Assembly (NCBI RefSeq): GCF_025526975.1
Contig: NW_026515688.1
Location: 372,001-436,000, forward strand
Direction: 5' to 3'
DNA: 64,000 nucleotides
Origin: Fimicolochytrium jonesii
Lineage: Eukaryota
Part shown: one piece after another, positions 23,801-36,442 of the stretch
Position numbering within the stretch: position 1 is the stretch's first letter
How the letters are laid out: every line of letters starts with the position of its first letter
Notes under the pieces: generated by a model
Databases searched by the model: none
Told to the model about the DNA's origin: nothing
What the model saw: the letters and a program-made list of their open reading frames with translations, nothing else
Program-made: the position numbers and the translations under genes

Positions 23801-25739
23801 CGTCTAAGTGTCACTACAATTAGGTTCTCATGCTTTTCTTGTGGAAGGATTCGGTATGTCACGAAATCCGTAATCCCCTGAATGGGGTGATATCCAATGC
23901 AGATCTTCTGCAAGCTGGGCTGAAAAACCGAATGGTCATCATCACAAGGATGAGCAGCGCCATCAACACGTGGCGTAATATGGTATCGCAACTGAATGTC
24001 GACTCCATTACGACTACCGCATATGACATGAGCAGCTTCTTGGAGTACCTTGAGGCAGAAGCGCTCCCGGTGGTTCGCAGTCAACTGCAGGAGGATGCAG
24101 AAGCTATAGAAGCCGTTCAAATGTGCGCAGCCCATCAAGCTGTGATTACCGATGATGTTTTGCAAATGAGCACGCTGCAGAAGGGGAAGGTGGCGCTCAA
24201 TCCCGTGATCTGCGCGCCGGAGATTGTCATTGCCCGGGTGATGAAAATGGTATGGAACCCTATGCTCGTTTTTACAATCCGGCCTTGTTCTCTGACCTTG
24301 CACCATGTCAAAGTTTCGAAGCGAGCTGGTGAAGAAGGAAATCATTTGGGAAACGCTTATCATCACACCAACCGGGAATGAGCGTCACGTGAGAAAGCTG
24401 GGAGAGCTTGCAGTGTCCGTTGCCCTTGCCACCTTCGTGTGGGTGGATCCGGATCGCGTGGCGCAGGTCCTTTTCAACTGCATTTCCAATGCCATCAAAT
24501 TTCTCGCGAAGTCAGTCAATGAGAAGCGACTCACAGTCTCTTTGGAGTTCATCCAACCCAAGTCCAAGACCGAGGAGACGGGGGACTTTGTTACGATGAA
24601 GGTCTCTGTGCGCGACTCTGGGATCGGCATGACTGAAAGTGAGAGGCAAAAGCTCTTCGCCCGTTTCAGCCAAGCGACGCACCGCACGTACAGCACTTAT
24701 GGAGGGAGTGGCCTTGGGCTTCATATCTGTCGGAATTTAGTCTCTGCAATGGGTGGACATATCGATCTCACCAGTGCGAAAGGCGTAGGGACCGAGATCT
24801 TCTTCGAGATTCCATGCCAGAAGCCGGATCATGAGCGACTTTCGGAGATACGTCAAGGTCTGGGCCGCGGATTCAAAAACCCGTTGAATTGTGCCTCGAG
24901 CGAGGACGAATCCAGTTTGGATAGTCCGTTCTCGCAGATGACGGAGTTGTGGCTACGCCGGAGGCTGGTTGCTGACGGCAATTCGGACTCACTCCCCAAT
25001 GTCAATGAAGTCAATGAAATCACTGTGGATTCGGCAACGCTAACAGAGACGAGCACAAAGTTCGCCGATTTGAACCCGCTAACAATGACCTTGGCCCCAT
25101 TACCCGCAACAATCGAGCAAAACGGTGTTCACACGCAACCTTGCCGTCCGTTGCGATTAGAAGATATTCACGTCCTCATTGTCGAGGATAACATTGTAAG
25201 TTACCCGCCACTCTCATGGAAGGTTTCGTCTGCATTTTCCGCTAAACATCATTCCAGATAAATCAAAAAGCCCTGAAACGACAATTGGAAATAGCGACTG
25301 TGAAAGTTGACGTGGCAAATAACGGAGTCGAAGCGATAGCGAAGTATCAAGAGAACTTCTATCACGTGTTGATCATGGATAATGAGGCAAGTCTCTGTCG
25401 GGTGAGTAACCGGATCATGTGGGCTCTAATCAATCGAATCCACAGATGCCAATAATGGGCGGTCTGGAGGCGACGAAGCGCATAAGAGAGATCGAAAGAG
25501 CGACCTCGAATCAACTCGACAACTCAAGCACACCTCAAGAAGGAGTACCTTGCGGAGAGACCGCCCTCAACTCGAATGGACGCAGGGTCGCGATACTAGG
25601 CTTATCTGGCAATGCGCGAGGTGTGTTCCGTGAACAGGCGCTGGCCGCCGGGATGGACGGTTACGTAGTCAAACCATATATGAAGAAGGATTTAATGGAA
25701 ACGCTCGTCGAGTTGGCTAATCGCAAGGACGTAGGCTAG
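20836..25739 (+). CDS. Dual hybrid histidine kinase: PAS-GAF-HisKA-HATPase-REC-PAS-HisKA-HATPase-REC; 6 exons
   Basis: N-terminal KDWSETPLGP; H-boxes SNVSHEYRTPL and DSVCHEIRNPL; N/G boxes NLLSNAFK..DTGCGI..GTGIGL and NCISNAIKF..DSGIGM..GGSGLGL; receivers LADDN..ISDVMM..AKPF and IVEDN..IMDNEMP..VKPY. Confidence 0.92.
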
Positions 25740-26621
25740 AATATCACTTGTAACTTGGCGTGAACATAATAGCACAGTGCAATAGATACGTAGATGGATG
25801 TGATAGATACCGCTAACCCCAGAGATGCTTGCTGTCCCTCTTGACCCGCTTCTATGCTTCTGTGAGGTCACTTGTCCGCGTCGAGGAGACTGACGGCGGG
25901 GCGGAGTTCACACCTTACGTACCTGCTGTCAGTCCCCCTCCTGCGAGTCTGCTCCCCTGCGAGTCGCCCATCTCGACAGCTCCATGACCCACAACTTCCA
26001 ACTGTCCGATTGCTTGCAACCATTCCCATCTCAAAAATAAGGTTGACAGTTTGTTTGAAGATGACTTCGGGCGCTCTAAACTACTCGGTTGCGGACACGA
26101 TGGCTACACAACCTTCTAGTCATTCCACGTCTCCGGAGAAGGGGTCAGTTCGCATCACCTGTAACATTTACACGCCCAAACAGTCACTGGCGGTGTTCTC
26201 TCGGCTTCCAGGTATAAAAATGCAGTCGTCCTTCCCTCCGAACAGGAAAGTATCAATTCAATTGCTTACTCGACTTCCACCTCAGGCTTCGTCAGGCTCA
26301 AATTCGACGAACGTCCGAACGTGTGCGTAGTCCTTTTCTCACAAGAGCACTTCGCCGAGTCCGCTGTAAAAACTATAACTGGAAATACGTAATGATTTCT
26401 CTGACTATGCACTTGAGTTATTGAGAGTTTCTAACTTTTTGGTTTCAGAAATATGGGGGCAAGCTTGTCAGGGGACTTTCCAGTGAGTTCATTAGCAGAC
26501 ACTGGGGTCGGTTTCCCCTTTTCATTGACGTCGAACTGTACTTCCAAAATAGCCGGTCATCCCTTCTCCCTCGCAAACAAACTCTCAAGTCATCGCTCTG
26601 AAACCTCCCCAATGGATCAGC

Positions 26622-29097
26622 ATGGTCGCGCTGGAAGAACTACTGCGAGACCTGCCAGGCTTCGGCAGACTCTGGGTGTGTCGCCCAAACAATGAGGCCC
26701 TTTGCATGTATCAGGACGTAGCACAGGCCTGGTTAGCCGCGCATCAAGTCGGCAAATTTGCTTCGATCGCTGCACATCAAGTCGTCCATAGCTGCGAGTG
26801 TCATACCTGCAAGCCCACTGCTGAATTCTCGGTCACAGCACTGTCGGGAAGTCATTTTCAGAACATTCCCACGGCTTCGAGCGCTTGTAAGCAAGAATAC
26901 ATTGGTATGCGCTTTGAGATTCTACCGAAGACTGAGTTCGCATTGCAGATCATGCGCAATATTACAGCAGCTTCTTGGCTCCACAAGCGACTGCGATCTC
27001 GAACTCCCAACATCAACATGGTCAAGATGACCAAGGTGGCCAAAAAACCATTTCTGGAGGTCCTTCGAACCACGAACGACGTTCCTCCGAGTCTGGCAGC
27101 TACTATCGAGACAGAGGCTCTGTTGAGACAGAAGCTTTGGAGCAGACGATCGAAGGTTCGATGACCGAACGTGATGTGCTTCTTTCTCAAGTGAAGGAGC
27201 TCTCTGTAAGTACGGGCATTGTCACTTTCGATGTCTGCTTTGTCCGGTCATGGAACAGCTAACGCAGTCATCTTGGATCTTAGCTGAACAAAGCAATTGC
27301 TGAGGAAGCCATCACTCAGCTCCGATCCGAAATCGCAGCCGCGAAATATCAACTCGAAACTGCCACTGCCGCATCTACCGATCGCGAAAAAGCCCTGACG
27401 GACACGATCAATGAAATGGTATGTTCATGTGATTTTGTGAAACCGATGTCGTCTAGTAACGCCGAACGGATGTCTCCCATGCACAGTCGACTCTCACTGC
27501 CCATTACCGTTTGCTGCAGGAAAAGGAGCGAGTTCAGGCTGAAGCAAAAGTGAAAGTAATGCTCAAACCCAAGGAGGAAGCCGAGAAGAGACGCTCTGCC
27601 GCCGCAGAAAGCATTGGTCAGCTCGAAGAGGATATGGAAAAGCTTCGAAAAGGCCTCACAGACAGAATCGCCGAATTGGAACAGGTCAACAAGGGCCTAG
27701 TTGGTGAACTGGTATGTGCTGGATGTCGTGGCAACACTTCCGTTCAGGCATTCTGATGTATGATTGTCTTCATGGTGCGCGGTCCTTTTTAACGATCCCA
27801 GTGTCTTGCAGGAGAAAGAGGGGGCCCGGGTCAAGGCCGAAATTGAAGCTCTTCGCACCGGGAAAGATGAACTTATGAACCTCAATGCCGCCGTCACAGA
27901 GCGTGGAAAGGCGCTCGAACAAGAAGGGGCGACACTTCAAAGAGCCTTGGAGGCTGAGAAGTACCGCTGTGAGCAATTGCGAACGGAGATTGCCAGTAGC
28001 ACACGCACATTGGAAGAAGAGGCTGCTCGTAACACGCAAGAGAAGGAAACGCACGCATCCGAACTGAAACGAATGGAAATGGACATCATGCAGAAGGATG
28101 ATGAGATCCAGAACCTTACTTCTCTCCAGTCGAGCCATGCGTCGCGCATCGAAGAGCTGGGTAATGAGGTAAAGCGACTGAAAGCCGAACTTGCGAGCGA
28201 AACTGAGGCCAGCTGCTCGAAATACGAGGAGATCAAACAACAGTTGGAGAACGCGAAGAGTGAGGTCGCGAAAGCGAAAGCCCAGCTGACCGCAGATCTC
28301 GATGCCAAACATGCCGCTCAGCTCGCGACTCAGCTCGAGGAGGAAGCAGCCAAGCGAGCGGAGCTCGATCGCCAACTGGCCGAGCACGTCAAGAGCGAAG
28401 AATCCATCAATAGAGCCAAGTCTGAGCTCAAGGAGCAGCTCTCCGTCGAGTGCGCAAAACTACTGGACCTGAAAAATGAGCAGGAGAACACCCTCAAGAA
28501 GCAGGAGGTAGAATTGAAGACTCTCAAAGCGTCCCATGAGGAAGAGCGGGCTTTCATCGAAGAAGAGGTCAAAATAGTCGTAGATGCTCTCGATGAAGAG
28601 AAAACCGCGAACGCCGAGCTACGAAGAGCGTTGGGCACAAGCAAGGAGAAGGAGGCGGCTTGGACCGAAGAGCGTCGGGCCTTGGACGAAAAGGTTCAGC
28701 GTCTGCGCGAAAGTCTTGAAGCCCAGGAAGCGCGTGTCGCGGTTTTCGAAAAAGAAAAGGCTGCTAAGACGGTGGAGGACAACTCTGCCAAGGAGCGCAA
28801 CGCCAAATCTGCAACGGTCACGCAACAACAGCGACGGGAGATGGAGGAGTATGTCGATAACGTGCTCGATTTGATCTTTACCTTACCACAGGTAAGCGTG
28901 GGCGGCGACATGGCATCGGAGATAAGCGGTCTTGTTGGGAAAACCATGAAGACGGCGTTTAGCCTCAGGGGTGGGGAGCGAGTGTGTCTCTGGGTGTAGT
29001 AGTCGTTTCCGCAGTTCTTTCACAGCGAGTAGATCCGGTAGGCGTAAAAGTAGTTCAAGTCCCGTTCCTTTACAATTTACACGAAACCCCTTTCTAG
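26622..29097 (+). CDS. Uncharacterised long coiled-coil protein; multi-exon, ends uncertain
   Basis: E/K/A/L-rich heptad-like exons (about 27285-28891) linked by GT-AG introns; no specific family recognised. Confidence 0.6.
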
Positions 29098-29151
29098 AAC
29101 AATGGCTATGGAAGGGCTTCTATATACAATAATCTCATAGTCGAATGATCC

Positions 29152-31350
29152 TCAAATATATTCATTTCCAACGAAGCGAACCTCGACTCCATCTGCGTTT
29201 TTGGTGTGGCCATTGACGATTATCTCCGTCAAGCGATTGCAGCCGTAAACCTTCACCTTTGCCAAAGAAGGGCAAGAGTCGACCAGCTGCTTCAGAACGA
29301 AATCGTCGACGTTTCTGATGATGGCAACATTTGATGAGTCTGTGATAGTAAGGACTGGTTAACAGCGTTTGATGGTGGCAACACTTACCGCACCCATGAC
29401 ACGTCCAACTCCCGCAAATTTGGGCAACTGGAGTTAGAAGTCCTCATCAGCAACCCCATTCAGTCCACGATACCGAGCCTTAGCCACTCTCTTCTCACTT
29501 ACCCAGTAGCCAAAGAATTCAAAGAATACTCCGTCAACTCATCCAGCCCATTCAGATTCAACTTCTGCAAGGAGTGCCCATGAAGGTTCACAAGCGCAAC
29601 GATGAGGTCATCCTTCATCGTGACGTTCCGACTTAAACTCAGCGATGTAAGGCCGGTAGAGGATTTGAGGTCACGAACGAATTGAAGTACGCCCTCGGAT
29701 GTGAGGGACTCGCATTCTTCGAGGGATAGGTCGTGGAGTTGGGTGCAGTTTGAGGCGATGGCCGTGAGGACGGAGTCTGTTAGACGAGAGTGTCTTTGAA
29801 CGTGGCATGTGAGTAAAGATGCAGTCGGATAGAGCTCTCTCGATTGCATATAACATACCCATTCAGAACCAATGTCTTCAATCCAGCCCCGATGGTCATC
29901 AGCAAATTGACGAACGACTCCTCGGAGACTTTATCTCCCATAAACCCGATCTCCAGCACCTCCAAATCCTTGAAGTTTCCCAAAAGCTGAATACTCTCGT
30001 CGTCCAACTTCATGCATTGTTCCAAACGCAGGACACGCAGATGCGGGCAGGAGCCGACCAGAGTCTCAATCCCGTTCTTGTTCAGTTTTGCTGCGTGGCG
30101 GAGAGTCAGCTCTCGGAGCTTTTCGCCCAATCCTTCGAACAGAGTCGCAAATGCAGCGTTGGAAGGGAGGAAGGGTCCGTCGAGGCACAGGGTTTCAAGT
30201 TGTGCACAGGTGTCACCAATCACTTTGAGTGTTTTGTCGGTGATTCTTCCGCAATTGCCAAGATGGAAGTGTCGCACGTTGGGTGATGCGGCCGCAACCT
30301 CGGAGAGGGCCTCGTCGTCCAAGTAAGTGCACTCAAAGAGATGGACGCGCTGCTCTGTTGGCCCGGTGAACAGTCGAACGTTTTCGGGTTTCAGTTGTCT
30401 ATGACGCCCAATGATCTTGGAGATTTGCAGTTTTGTGGCTTCGGAGATGTCACCAAACTGTCACGAGAGGCATCAGATATTCAAGCGCTAGGCGAAAAAC
30501 TATGGTCACCACATACCCCTTCTACGGAGTCTATACAATCTGCAATCAACCGAATGCAAAGGTTCCGAAGCGAGAGGACCGATCCGGCGCTCTCATCAGC
30601 GCCCTCAGGAATGATGACACCTTTCTTCTTCCTTGGCTTCTTTGGCCCACCCGTAGAAATCTTGCTTGCTTGTATGGAGTAACAAGCAGAGCAAAGAGAC
30701 GCCTGGTCGTGTCCGACGAGGTATCTTCGTTTGCATCGACTGCAGAAGCCCACGGATCCAGCATTGAAGGCTGACGACATGTCCGGTTTTCTACGCTTCG
30801 AGTGGTTTGACCTTCCGGCCGATGTCGGACCGGGGTAGTTTTCATCATCATCATCGTTGTCATCTTTCCCCTTCTTGCGCTTCTTGGCTCCGGCTTTTGC
30901 TTTTGCAGCGACCTTAGCAGGGGTTTTGGCCGCTTTTTCTTTGCCTTCCTTTGCTCTTGAGCTTGTTGTGGTTGTTTGACACTCTTCCCCCTCCTCTGCC
31001 TCATCGTCAACAACAACTTCCTCTTCGACCTCCACCTCCATCATAGTGGCCTGAAGTCCCACCTGAGCGTCCCCGGACGGAGTTCGTGTGCGCAAAGACG
31101 CTCGCGTTGTCGTCCTCGTCCTGCTGACAGCGGGAGCCGAGTCAGAGTCATTGTCAGGATCAGAGCCACTATTCTCTGAATCCGGCTCCGTATCGTTGTT
31201 TCCGCCCGTCGTTGGAGCTGCGGGATCGGCAGTGGTCGCTGGGATATCCGTCCTCCGTGCCCACCCGCGTGCTGCGGGTGCTCGAATTCCCCTTTCACGC
31301 AAGAAGCTGGAAAGGGCGGACGCCGGACCGCGAACTTGATTATTCGACAT
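29152..31350 (-). CDS. RAD7: Nucleotide-excision-repair LRR protein Rad7/Rhp7; 4 exons
   Basis: N-terminal VRGPASALSSFLRERGI, CxxC...CxxC segment, VLSLRNLCI BC-box-like motif, then F-box-type leucine-rich repeats; ends KVYGCNRL...FVGNEYI*. Confidence 0.85.
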
Positions 31351-31680
31351 GTTGCCAAGGGTGAGGCGCTTAGAGTTGATCACTTGATGTTATGGTTGAA
31401 TATCGAGGGTCGACGCTAGTGATAGAGACGTCAGTTTATCAGTTTATCTGTCAGTTTATATGGAAATACGGCCGTGTACGGCTGTACTGAACGAGATAGG
31501 CGAGGGTTTGTATGTACAAGGACGCGCCAAAGCAACATGCCAGCCACTGCTTTCCCTTGCGCGTCCAGCACGCGAGCAGGCGGGAGCGTTGGCAGCATTT
31601 TCTACGCAGCATTCGGTGCAAAGGAACATGGGCTCCATCCTCGGAAAGGCTGTGCTGCGGATGGGAACCTTTGAGATGGT

Positions 31681-34200
31681 TCAGTGAAGGTTGGCCAACA
31701 TATTCTCGACCTGGGCAAGCTCGCTTTGAATCTTGGCAGGGGTAGCTTCGTGCGCCATGCCAAAGTCGATGAGAACGACCGGGCGCGCAGAGAGGCCAGT
31801 GATAATGATGTTGCGCGATGCGATATCGCCATGAATAACTCCCGCTTGGTGTAGTGACATGTAGGCTGCCCGTACACAATCGAATAGTGAGCGATCCGCG
31901 GCAGATATGTGCCGCCCCTCGACAAACTCCGTTCCAATAATGGCGATCTCCCCCCCTTGAAAAAACCCACATGCGACGAGTCGAGGAATGGTTCTCCCTT
32001 GAATATCAAGGTAGGTAAAGGTGTTAGAAGGGAAGTTTTAAAAACCGATGTTGCGTGTGCTGTCTATACCTTGCATGTTTTCCAAAAAGTGGTAAACATC
32101 TATCTCGTTTTCCAATTGCTCTACAATCTCGGGGCATGTGAGGCGGTCGACGGTTTTGAGTGCCATGGAGGTTGCATAATTCGTCGAATCGAATGCTACG
32201 GTTTGCACCACCGTACTGTTATCTGTTGCGAACGATCTCAACGCTGGCAACAGATCGACCTCTTTGAATTCAATGACATCCCTTGAGGTAAAGATGGCCG
32301 ACGGTTGGTCCAGGAGTTTCGTAGCTCGACATCCTGAAGGGCTCGATCGAAAGTTATTCAAGCCGTTCGCCTTGTTTGCCGAGCTTGCTCCTTTCGCTGG
32401 GCGCTTTCGTTTCTTAGATGGACCTGGCCCACGGCGCCTGCCCCTCTGAGCCCCAGCGCTTCCTCCGGGTTGAGATGGCTGCGAAGACGACGTGGTGCTC
32501 TCGCTGGGCGACGGAGTGGTCGGGTTTTCCATCGCAAGCCCGATGAAATAATCCAGGGCCTGAGCCACCGTTGGGCTGTCATGAAAGGTGCGAATAGGAC
32601 CGGCGATGCGAAGGACATCTGGGCGGTCCTCTGGCCGTTCGATGAACCAATATGAGCTTTGAGTGGTGATGAGCGAATACCTCCTCCGGTTGGCACATGC
32701 GTATCCATTAACCTGAATAACGGCCTTCACAGCGACGTTGGCGTGAACGATGCTATTCCATTGTGCTTTCTCATCATCTGTTAGCATCATGTAACGATGG
32801 TCGGAGAGAGCCTTCAACTCCTTAAAGACGGCCTTGGATTGGGCAACCAGGTCCACATCGTCGGGAAGAACAGATCTGGGCTTAACCTCAATCGGCACGA
32901 GCATTGCCTGACAGTTATGGATGATGCGATCAGGTTGTCCGAACGGAGCAGTCAAAACCGCGGCCCTGTGCCCAACTTCAATTGCCGTGCCTTTGCAGAT
33001 TCTGTTGGTGACTCGGAACTGCTCTGCATCTAAAATACTTTCGACGAGAGCCTCCGAGGCACCCGATCTACCCTCGTGCAACGGGACGCTAAAAAAACGA
33101 CTGCGGTGCAGTGGTGCCGATGATGCAATCTGGTGGTTTCTTGCGTCCCGTTCGAACTCGATCCACTTCTCCACACCTTGGGGGCGTCGGCCAATTGCAG
33201 CTGTGGTAGAGGTGGTCGTCTTGGTCGTGTTGCTGGCAGGCGGAAATCTCCCATCGGGTCCAATCATGTGTAAGAAATTGACGTCACCTAAAAAGGGAAG
33301 ACTGAGAAAAGGAATTGGGACGAAGCACGAACGATGGACGATGGTCCATGGACGGTGCGACGATTGTTGAAAACGTATCTGGCTTGCATATTGTGTGGTG
33401 GACAGAAGGTTCTGAATTTCTCGCTTCGCTCGAACTCTTGAAGCGTCGGCAAAGCCGACCTGACGATTTCTCGGAGCCCTCGAAATCGAGCTTCTCGCTT
33501 CGCGAGGCAGAGCGTTCCGCCTAGCCTAACGGCGCGGAACCAAGGGCGCTCGCATGCACTCGCCGCGCTCAGAGCCCTCGAAATGAAGCGTCACTTCGCA
33601 AGCCAGAGCGTTGCGCCCCTATGGGCGCGGAATGGCGACTCCCCACGCCCGAAGCCCTCGAAACCGAATCGTGCGTTCCGCCTATCGGCGCGGAACCAAG
33701 GGAGCCCGCATTCGCTAGTCATCTATTCGCCTTCGCTCACAGCGCTGCGAACTGCCCTGTTTCATGCACGCACCTCCGTTGCTCAGGTCCACAATGAATA
33801 CAAACGTCTTTTCTTCGTCGGGGGCAAATACACGACCTGCGCTTTTCAGCAAGGACGCCGAGTCTACGACGTTCCAGAGTTCAGCTGCCGAGACTTTGCC
33901 GTTGGTGTATTGGTCTCGATACCCTACTACCATTGGCAGGTTCAGGTGCGAAGACGAGTGTTCCCGGTAGACTGCCGGAAGAAGCGGGTTGAAAGTATCG
34001 TAGACCCAGGCCTTCAAATCACTCGCTTTGACTTCGGTGAGAGTATTTGAGAACCCGACTTCGACAACGGTTGTTCCGTTCTCCGCCGAAGCATAGCACC
34101 CTTTGGGGAAAGGCGTGGTAACTGATACTTTCAAAGTGTCGAAACGGATCTGAGCCGTCAGCCGAATGCTTGCGCTACGAGTTGCAACTTTCAACTGCAT
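31681..34200 (-). CDS. Crinkler (CRN/CR)-like protein: N-terminal header + PD-(D/E)xK-like nuclease + short protein kinase; 3 exons
   Basis: Exons 34200-33774, 33287-32070 and 31997-31681 join in frame through two phase-1 GT-AG introns. Nuclease-like GQPD...IEVKP...QVNGY...ITT...WF; kinase MALK, ENEIDVY, IPRL, HGDIASRNII, IDFGMA. Confidence 0.75.
33420..33752. repeat. Three imperfect 80-98-bp GC-rich multi-hairpin units inside the 486-nt intron
   Basis: AGCCCTCGAAA at 33475, 33573, 33653; GTTCCGC..GCGGAAC hairpins at 33514-33540 and 33675-33696; GCGCCC-CTAT-GGGCGC at 33613-33628; GTCGGC-AAA-GCCGAC at 33445-33459. Confidence 0.85.
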
Positions 34201-35479
34201 GTTGACGTCGAGAGAGCAGCGGGAAGCCGCTCAAACCCGGTTACTGAGTCGCAAGGTGACCAAACAGGTGAATCGAGTAGCTGCTTTAAGAAGGGTGGGA
34301 GCAGACAGGTTGCGCGGTGCCATGGGCATGTCCGCCGAATTCCTGACAATTCCCACGCCTTTTCCCCGCAAAGATAAAGAAGTGACATACATACTGTCAG
34401 TTCAGTGGGCGTAGATCCCCTTGTTTGACAACTAGCGACGGCGCCAAAATTTAGCTGTGTGCCCGTCCCCATTTGGCAATGGATACATGATCTTTACCAC
34501 TCACTTTCCCATTCAGCGCTATTGTTCAGATTACATTTCAACTCTACCTTCATAGCAACAAAAACCATTTGGGAAAATGCTGTCGGATGTCCAGCCGCAA
34601 CCAAGTAGTATGTATATACATCTTTGCGAGGTCGACCTTCATAACGGCACTCGATGCCGAGGTGCTTCTTCGTCACGAGCCAGATCATCTCCGCCCGCGA
34701 ACGACCCGATTTAGGACCTATCTCAGGGAATAATCGACCACTTTCACAACGGTCCTGATCTGGCCAGAACGAGGCTCAACAAACACCTGTTTCATTGGCA
34801 TAGAAGGTTATGAGGAGTGTCCGTTCCAGATGCCAGATGGGAGCATGCACACAACGTCAACACCCGCAACTCGTTACTACAAATGTGAAAAACACCGCAA
34901 GGAGTGGTTTCGGCGGCAGCGGGACAGTGGTCGACACACCTTACGCAAATATTGCTATCTTGGGGATGTTCACGGAGTGAAACAACACATCTGCACTTCA
35001 TTGTGCCCAGAGAGGAAACGAATGAGAGGGCCAAACTGGCGTCTTCGCACCTGCCCTGAGCTCACCTGTCCCCCAATCTATACCACACGCCCCCATCAAC
35101 GCCCAATTGTTGACCGAAATATACAAGCTGGCGCCAATTTCCGCTTCCTTCAGCATCAATATTCCCGACATCAAGGTCATCGGCCCCGGTGGAATGTGGG
35201 TCCGTGGGAGCGGAATCCGGCTCCCTTGTGGTAGATATGTAGAAAGGAGAGCAGACGGGTGCAGTACAGTGGTTGGGTACGAAGATAGTTAACTAGCTTA
35301 GGCCCAAAGCCCACCCCTGTCCTGAACCCTTTCCCTTCCCTTCCCGATGGCACTCTGAACCGAGTTGCATCTTCAATACGCGACCCATCCCCCTGTGTAG
35401 GTCGCGAGGAGAGTCTCCATGTATATTTGGTATGAGATTTAATATCGGGAATACACGGGTCTGAAAGCGAATTCCCAGT

Positions 35480-36442
35480 CTACGATTTGTTTTTGGGGAA
35501 GGGTGGCCCCAACAAGTCGTCGTCCTTTTGCCAGCTGTACTTTATCTTCACATCGGACACATTGATCTGGGACCCCACGTCTATCAAATGGTCTGAGGCT
35601 CTCTCAAACATCCCTGGGAAGCTGATGCGGTACGGCTTGGGATCATACGCATGCTGAACGATCAACCTATCATCGGCTTCCCGTTGGCGGACGGCAATCC
35701 ATTTCGTGTGATCTTCATGAGCTCGCTCGGCGGTGAATAAATTCGAGTACTTCGTCAGCCACTGCGTCAGCGGGTGGGGTTCTCCACGTTCCGCGGCGGC
35801 GGTGGCGTAAGAATCGTTGATGCGGTACGCTACGGTCGTGCCCACGACGGCGAGAACGGCTTTGACCCAGAAGGAGTTGAAGAACGTTTCGTGCTGGCCT
35901 AGGGTTTCAGCGCCGGAAGGCGTCTCGGCCTTGTGTCCGTAATTGTCCGATGGAGGGTAGATCTCGTCAAGAGTACCTGCCCGATAGTGACCGGGGTAGT
36001 GATACTCGTGAGGCCAGCTGAAAGGTGAGAAAAAGGCGCTATTAGTCTTTTGTTCAATCCGCGAATCTGCCACCCATGCCACACCCGGCGATTCTTAGGG
36101 ACGTCCCCAAAAGTGCAAAGCTCTTCGAGGATTTTTGCACTGGCTCCACTGCCGTAAAAATCGTCGCCCAGAAAACCCATCCCCAGTCGTCCCAAACCAC
36201 AGACATGCCCCGACGGATACTCACTTGCGAGCAACCTCCAACCATTCCTCCTTGTGCAACGGCGGTTTCGATGAGTGGCCGGCATCGTCGTGGTGGTCGT
36301 CGTGATGGTCGGACGCATATTGACGGGCGGCAGAGCCTGCAGGTGTTTGCAAAACTACAGCGGAAGACCTGGCCCCGAATCGAAGCAGGGCAGGAGCGGA
36401 GAACCGCAAAGCGCTGGCCACAGGTACCGTGGAACGAAGCAT
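35480..36442 (-). CDS. Mitochondrial complex I accessory subunit, fungal 17.8-kDa type; 2 exons
   Basis: Presequence ending RQYASDHHDDHH; HETFFNSFW + single TM segment + PLTQWLTKY...ADDRLI...ISFPGMFERAS resembles the Neurospora 17.8-kDa subunit family. Confidence 0.7.

Noticed and set aside
33460..33490. CTGACGA...GAAA resembling a hammerhead ribozyme core
   Set aside because: No stem II with a G-C closing pair after CUGANGA; the GAAA pairs with the adjacent TTTC instead.
33475..33710. Repeat-spacer pattern as a CRISPR array
   Set aside because: Repeats are degenerate, unevenly spaced, inside a eukaryotic intron, and no cas genes are present.
36018..36224. Longer (~207-nt) intron with hairpins in the complex I gene as a snoRNA host
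   Set aside because: No convincing C/D or H/ACA box arrangement seen; an Infernal scan would be needed.
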